In this document: in pieces, positions 25,831 to 30,030 of the stretch | Layout: every line of letters begins with the position of its first letter | Numbering within the stretch: the stretch's first letter is position 1 | From: a virus | Lineage: Duplodnaviria; Caudoviricetes | IMG/VR virus record: IMGVR_UViG_3300044580_000067 | Coordinates: 1 to 30,030 of that record | Direction: 5' to 3' (one strand) | Length of the DNA: 30,030 bases | Program-made: the position numbers and the translations under genes | The notes under the pieces: generated by a model | Databases searched by the model: none | The model's input: the letters and a program-made list of their open reading frames with translations, nothing else | Told to the model about the DNA's origin: nothing

Positions 25831-26454
25831 ATGAAATTACGTGCAAGGTGCTGGTTAGATATAAACGAGTACAGAAAGCGCGGTGTCATGCGATACGATA
25901 ATCTAATTATTTTGAAGCATGATGACGACTCGCGCGAAAGAATACAGAAAGAGCTTTATAAAATAAATGACAAAAACCTCGTGAGAATCGCAGAAGGAAA
26001 AGAGCCAGTCGAACTAGACGTTGTTATTGATATACATTATTCGGAAAGGTCTTTATCTCAAAATGCTTTAATGTGGAAGTTATACGATGTTCTCGCCGAG
26101 GCATTGAATCGAGAGGCCGGAACGCGCTATAGGGTATCGCCAGAAAGTCTCTATGAAGAGGATATGAAGGAGTGGGCACCCAGGCACCGCTTGTACTGCG
26201 ATAAAGAAAGCCTGCCATTTTTCAAGATCGTTCTTGAAGAGGAGCGAGGGAAGATTCGGGCCGTGCGAGAGTTGCCAGACGGAAAATACGAGATCGAAGT
26301 CTGGCGAACATCGTCGTATTGGAATACTGTCGAGATGAATAATCAAATCGACCGACTGTTAAACACATTAGAGCAAATGGGAGTTATCGCGGAGAACAAC
26401 GGAAAGTTGGATGCGATAATGAGGGACATCGAAAAATGGAGGGCTACTTTATGA
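25831..26454 (+). CDS. NinB/Orf-like recombination mediator
   Basis: RSLSQNALMW and RTSS..T.EM...ID motifs. Confidence 0.65.
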   Translation: MKLRARCWLDINEYRKRGVMRYDNLIILKHDDDSRERIQKELYKINDKNLVRIAEGKEPVELDVVIDIHYSERSLSQNALMWKLYDVLAEALNREAGTRYRVSPESLYEEDMKEWAPRHRLYCDKESLPFFKIVLEEERGKIRAVRELPDGKYEIEVWRTSSYWNTVEMNNQIDRLLNTLEQMGVIAENNGKLDAIMRDIEKWRATL

Positions 26455-26789
26455 ACAAGGGATTAAAGCGGGCTGTCTATTCCGTCCTCGACGCGCGCAA
26501 AGAGAAGGCAATGATCGGTGGATGGGAACTAACAATGCAAGTTCAGCGAGTTGCAGGCCAGAAAGTTTATCCAAACGTTGTACTGAAGATAGCGAAATGG
26601 TGGGCCTATCTTTCCGGCGGGATGTTCGAGTGTAAGGACTTCAAGCGATCTGTTTACCAATTCGAGCCTGGTGCTAGAAAGATTTTCGGGACGTATTACG
26701 AGACGCTTCCTGTTCAGGCGAAGGCGCGGGAGTATCGGAACGCGTTACGGAAAGCGGGAAGATTGAGACTAGACAAACTGGCGAAATAG
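26451..26789 (+). CDS. Hypothetical basic protein (possible DNA-binding)
   Basis: RBS GGAGG, ATGA overlap, 112 aa. Confidence 0.6.
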   Translation: MNKGLKRAVYSVLDARKEKAMIGGWELTMQVQRVAGQKVYPNVVLKIAKWWAYLSGGMFECKDFKRSVYQFEPGARKIFGTYYETLPVQAKAREYRNALRKAGRLRLDKLAK

Positions 26790-26798
26790 GGATATGAT
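26768..26798 (+). promoter_or_regulatory. Promoter for replication operon with -35 TAGACA
   Basis: ACTAGACA, 17 nt spacer, TATGAT (26793-26798). Confidence 0.75.
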
Positions 26799-26805
26799 AC
26801 TTGAA

Positions 26806-26946
26806 GTCAATTAGTTCTGGCCGACTGATTGACGGTTGCCCTATCAGGGGCGATAATACTAGAAACCTTTATTCGAGCAGGGAAACGATGCTGATACATC
26901 GTCCCGCAAGGCCGGCCAGCCGCTCGAGTAAAGGTTTTTTTTATTT
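26806..26946 (+). ncRNA. Structured cis-regulatory leader RNA with two loop-loop pairings and a terminator-like stem
   Basis: Hairpin 26806-26833 (loop CTGGCC) and hairpin 26835-26854 (loop TATCAG). A 16-bp stem 26863-26878/26922-26937 with U-tract encloses the complements CTGATA and GGCCAG. Confidence 0.7.
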
Positions 26947-26952
26947 GCAAGG

Positions 26953-27765
26953 ATGCAAAGAATGAGTTCGATACCTAAACCTAATTACACGCAAATACCG
27001 AACGTTTATTTTGATGAAATTATGTGCAGTCTAAACGGGTCGGAAAATCTTGTTTTCCTTGCGATAATGCGAAAGACGTTTGGTTGGCATAAGATGAAGG
27101 ATAAAATATCGTATGCACAAATACGAAAAATGTCCGGGTTAGCATCTAACACGACTATACAAAAAGCACTAGACAGTCTAATTGAAAAGAAACTTGTGCT
27201 ACAGGAGAAGGAAAAAGCAGGCATAAGCTACGAAGTAAACGTGGAGACCTTTACAGAAAATGTAAAGGGTACAGATGATGACCTTTACAGAAAATGTAAA
27301 GCTACCTTTACAGAAAATGTAAAGGGTAAGGTTGAAACCTTTACAGAAAATGTAAACACAAAAGAAAGTAATATAAATAAAATTAAAAAAAATATAGACT
27401 TTTCAAAAATTGAAAAGTCGTATGCGGAAGAATATGAAAAACTAAAAGGACATAAACCAACACTCATCTTCGCTGCTCTTCGCTCTCGTATAAAAAAACT
27501 GGCCGCCCAGGGAATAGACGAATCGTTAATCTTGAATGTGATACGCGCCGCGACGAAGGACGAATGGATTGTGGCGAACGGATTCGAGATACTAACGATT
27601 CTGTCAGATAAAATGATAATGCGATTAGCAAATGAGACGCAATCATCGAGAACGTCCTCTCCGAAAAAAGGCGTGACTTGCCCACGTTGCGGCTCGGAAG
27701 TAATAGCAGGCATCTGTACGAAATGTCGAGCGCTTATAGATTCTGAAGGGAAGGAACTGACATGA
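26953..27765 (+). CDS. Replication initiator (lambda O-like N-terminus, C-terminal Zn ribbon)
   Basis: PNYTQIPN...IMRKTFGW.K..D.IS, internal iterons, CPRC..CTKC. Start may be 26962. Confidence 0.85.
   Translation: MQRMSSIPKPNYTQIPNVYFDEIMCSLNGSENLVFLAIMRKTFGWHKMKDKISYAQIRKMSGLASNTTIQKALDSLIEKKLVLQEKEKAGISYEVNVETFTENVKGTDDDLYRKCKATFTENVKGKVETFTENVNTKESNINKIKKNIDFSKIEKSYAEEYEKLKGHKPTLIFAALRSRIKKLAAQGIDESLILNVIRAATKDEWIVANGFEILTILSDKMIMRLANETQSSRTSSPKKGVTCPRCGSEVIAGICTKCRALIDSEGKELT
27247..27420. repeat. Replication origin: four 20-bp iterons plus AT-rich tract
   Basis: ACCTTTACAGAAAATGTAAA at 27247, 27281, 27304 and 27337. Each has the inverted repeat TTTACA-N5-TGTAAA. A/T-rich segment follows. 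Confidence 0.9.
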
Positions 27766-29045
27766 ACTTTATAAACGACGAAGCGGAGCGATGCTTACTT
27801 GCCTCGATGGTTATGGACAACTCAATCATCGAAAATGTTTTTATGGACATCGCGGAGAATGATTTAGCGATCCAGAGCAATCGAGATATTTACAGAGCAA
27901 TACAGAAGCTAAACTCGCAACGTATTGGAGTAGATATAATTACTCTTTCCGAAGAAACAAAAAAGACTGTTGCTCCGGTTGTAGTGGCAGAACTAACTAA
28001 CGTAGTATCGACAGGAGCGAATTGGGAGTACTACGTGAAGTTAGTTAAAAAACATTCGCTGTATCGAGGTTATTACGCGCTCATAGAAAACGCAAAGGCG
28101 TATAATCCAGATAGCGATAGGGATATAACCGAGCAGATAACGGATATGAGCAAGAGCCTCGCGAAACTACAAGAGTCTGCTGGAGCGGAGAGGCTAGAGA
28201 AAACAATGTATCAGGTAATGCTCGCAACGGAAAAGAAGATTCAGTACTACATAAAAAACAAAGGAAACCTAACCGGGTATAAAAGCGGATTTGGACGGTT
28301 GGATTATTATACCGACGGAATACAGCATAATCTAATTATAATTGGCGCACGGCCAAGCATCGGTAAAACTGCATTGCTCGAAACGTTATTGCTGAATATA
28401 GCAAAAAACAACGATGTGCCTGTCGCGCTGTTTGAAATCGAAATGACCGAGGAACAGATAGGGTTAAGGGCAATATCCGGGCAAGCAAATATAAATGTAC
28501 GGCACATTAAGAGCGGAAGAATAAACCCCGTTGACAACAAGGACACGCATTGGCGCATGAGCAATGCGATGGTCGAGCTGTCGGGACTCAAGTTTTATCT
28601 TGACGATAAAACGAATGAGATACATAAAATCGCTTCGCGGATTAGGTACATGGCCCGATGTCTAGGTGTTAAGGTTTTCGGGATCGATCACCTATCAATA
28701 ATCGACAATAGCAATAACAAAAAGCAACGACATGAGCAGATGGCAGAGATAATTGAAATACTACGCGCGTTGAAAAAAGAACTCAACGTTACGATTATTC
28801 TTCTCGCACAGCTTGTGCGTGGAGCGGAGGGAGAGAAGCCGAAACTCTCCGATCTACGGGAGACTGGAGTAGCAGAGCAGAGTGCGGAGGATGTTTGGAT
28901 GCTTTACCGTGAACGCCAGGTGAGCATCGAACAAAAGATGATCCCGACAAAGTTGATGATAATGAAACAGCGTGAAGGGCCGTGTGGCGATATTGATTTG
29001 ATGTTCAATACCGAAATTGTTAAGTATTTTGAATCGGAGGCGTGA
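27762..29045 (+). CDS. dnaB: Replicative DNA helicase, DnaB family
   Basis: GARPSIGKT, IDHL, LAQLVR, SDLRETG..EQ and KQREGP motifs. Confidence 0.95.
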   Translation: MNFINDEAERCLLASMVMDNSIIENVFMDIAENDLAIQSNRDIYRAIQKLNSQRIGVDIITLSEETKKTVAPVVVAELTNVVSTGANWEYYVKLVKKHSLYRGYYALIENAKAYNPDSDRDITEQITDMSKSLAKLQESAGAERLEKTMYQVMLATEKKIQYYIKNKGNLTGYKSGFGRLDYYTDGIQHNLIIIGARPSIGKTALLETLLLNIAKNNDVPVALFEIEMTEEQIGLRAISGQANINVRHIKSGRINPVDNKDTHWRMSNAMVELSGLKFYLDDKTNEIHKIASRIRYMARCLGVKVFGIDHLSIIDNSNNKKQRHEQMAEIIEILRALKKELNVTIILLAQLVRGAEGEKPKLSDLRETGVAEQSAEDVWMLYRERQVSIEQKMIPTKLMIMKQREGPCGDIDLMFNTEIVKYFESEA

Positions 29046-29284
29046 AGATGAAAAAGCAAACAATCGCAGGAAGTCATCTACGCGAACACTCGGTAAAACT
29101 AATGAATGATTACTGTTGGGAGCGATGGACGGCAGACAAAGGGTGTGCGAAGCTCATGTACGTTTTGACCGAATATCTCGATCCGAACATGACCGATAGA
29201 CAGTTTTTCGAGTTGCATGGGAAATTGCGTCGAGTTGTGCAGGAAATAGAAAAGCAAATCAAAGCGAAGGAGAGTGGGAAATGA
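29042..29284 (+). CDS. Hypothetical protein
   Basis: GGAGG RBS; start at GTG 29042 or ATG 29048; coupled to dnaB. Confidence 0.6.
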   Translation: MKMKKQTIAGSHLREHSVKLMNDYCWERWTADKGCAKLMYVLTEYLDPNMTDRQFFELHGKLRRVVQEIEKQIKAKESGK

Positions 29285-29442
29285 AAGATGTAATCGTAAC
29301 ACTACGGTATAAGAGCAATGGAAAGGTGTGCGAGGGAACGATAAAGACCCCAGAGATTAGCGACAAAGAGATCGTAAAGCGGTTCGCGTATATGAATAAG
29401 GCTAAAGATGTAGAGATAATCGGGATGCGCTCGGTAAGATAA
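29281..29442 (+). CDS. 53-aa hypothetical protein (not in ORF track)
   Basis: MKDVIVTLRYKSNGKVCEGTIKTPEISDKEIVKRFAYMNKAKDVEIIGMRSVR; ATGA overlap. Confidence 0.6.
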   Translation: MKDVIVTLRYKSNGKVCEGTIKTPEISDKEIVKRFAYMNKAKDVEIIGMRSVR

Positions 29443-29456
29443 AAATAAAAAAATAG

Positions 29457-29487
29457 ACTAGACAGAAAAGAAAAAGCGTAATAAACT
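29457..29487 (+). promoter_or_regulatory. Promoter with -35 TAGACA
   Basis: A-tract UP element, ACTAGACA, 17 nt spacer, TAAACT (29482-29487). Confidence 0.7.
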
Positions 29488-29514
29488 ACAAGACATGAAA
29501 AGGAGAAACGGGAT

Positions 29515-29988
29515 ATGGATGCACGAATAAAAGCAGAGATCGACGATAAGGAAAGGGACGACAACCCGAAAGCAGTAGATGAGGTCAGCTATAATGATAA
29601 TGGCGAGCTGATTGCTTTTTACTGGGATCGTTCGAGCGCGTGGGATCGTAGCCATAAGTTTGCAAACTGGCTCGTGCGAGGAGTTGGGGAACTGCTCATT
29701 AGGCATTTGATACAGCCCCGGAAGTATGATGACATATTCGAGCTTCGCGATTTTTACCTCGACGATTTTTTACACAGCGACCGCGTTGCCGCCGCGTCTT
29801 TCCTCGCGTGGATGTTCGCGCGAGAGACAAAGTGCGAGGCCGCAAGAGAGGCGTTATCCGAGTTCGGCGACGCCATATTTGGAATAATCGGAAATCTCCC
29901 CGAGAGCGTGAATAGGCACAGCGAAGATGATGTGCGGATCGGAGAATTATTGCTTCGCGGGATACTCCAGTCGGTATACGGTTGGTAA
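29515..29988 (+). CDS. Hypothetical protein with own promoter (moron-like)
   Basis: RBS AAGGAG, 157 aa, flanked by a promoter and a GC hairpin. Confidence 0.65.
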   Translation: MDARIKAEIDDKERDDNPKAVDEVSYNDNGELIAFYWDRSSAWDRSHKFANWLVRGVGELLIRHLIQPRKYDDIFELRDFYLDDFLHSDRVAAASFLAWMFARETKCEAAREALSEFGDAIFGIIGNLPESVNRHSEDDVRIGELLLRGILQSVYGW

Positions 29989-29992
29989 ACTC

Positions 29993-30015
29993 ACGGCGGG
30001 GGGAACCCCCCCTGT
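29993..30015 (+). terminator. GC-rich hairpin after last ORF
   Basis: ACGGCGGGGGGAACCCCCCCTGT; no clear U-tract. Confidence 0.35.
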
Positions 30016-30030
30016 AATAAAGGGTCAAAA

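Overview
A co-oriented (+ strand) 30 kb stretch of a tailed, siphovirus-like phage or prophage. No integrase or repressor is visible in the window. Gene order: the tail end of an accessory region with two integron attC-like sites and a probable rtcB 3' end; a glycosyltransferase-like remnant, an MgsA/RarA-C-like gene and an HTH gene; packaging (TerS, PBSX-type TerL, portal); head (MuF-like, protease with nested scaffold, DUF2190-like decoration protein, major capsid); neck and tail (tube, chaperone, tape measure, tip, collar-domain fibre); an unusual lysis cassette (holin-like genes, circularly permuted M23 peptidase, class-3 lipase, u-spanin-like lipoprotein); then early recombination genes (Sak4-like, PD-(D/E)XK nuclease, SSB, NinB-like) and replication genes (lambda O-like initiator with iterons, DnaB). 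The lipoprotein spanin implies a diderm host, and the attC-like sequence suggests a spirochaete (inference). The most notable signals are the attC-bounded gene cassettes, a double kissing-loop RNA leader and terminator upstream of the replication initiator, and the atypical lysis module. All product calls come from motif recognition and synteny; no database searches were run.
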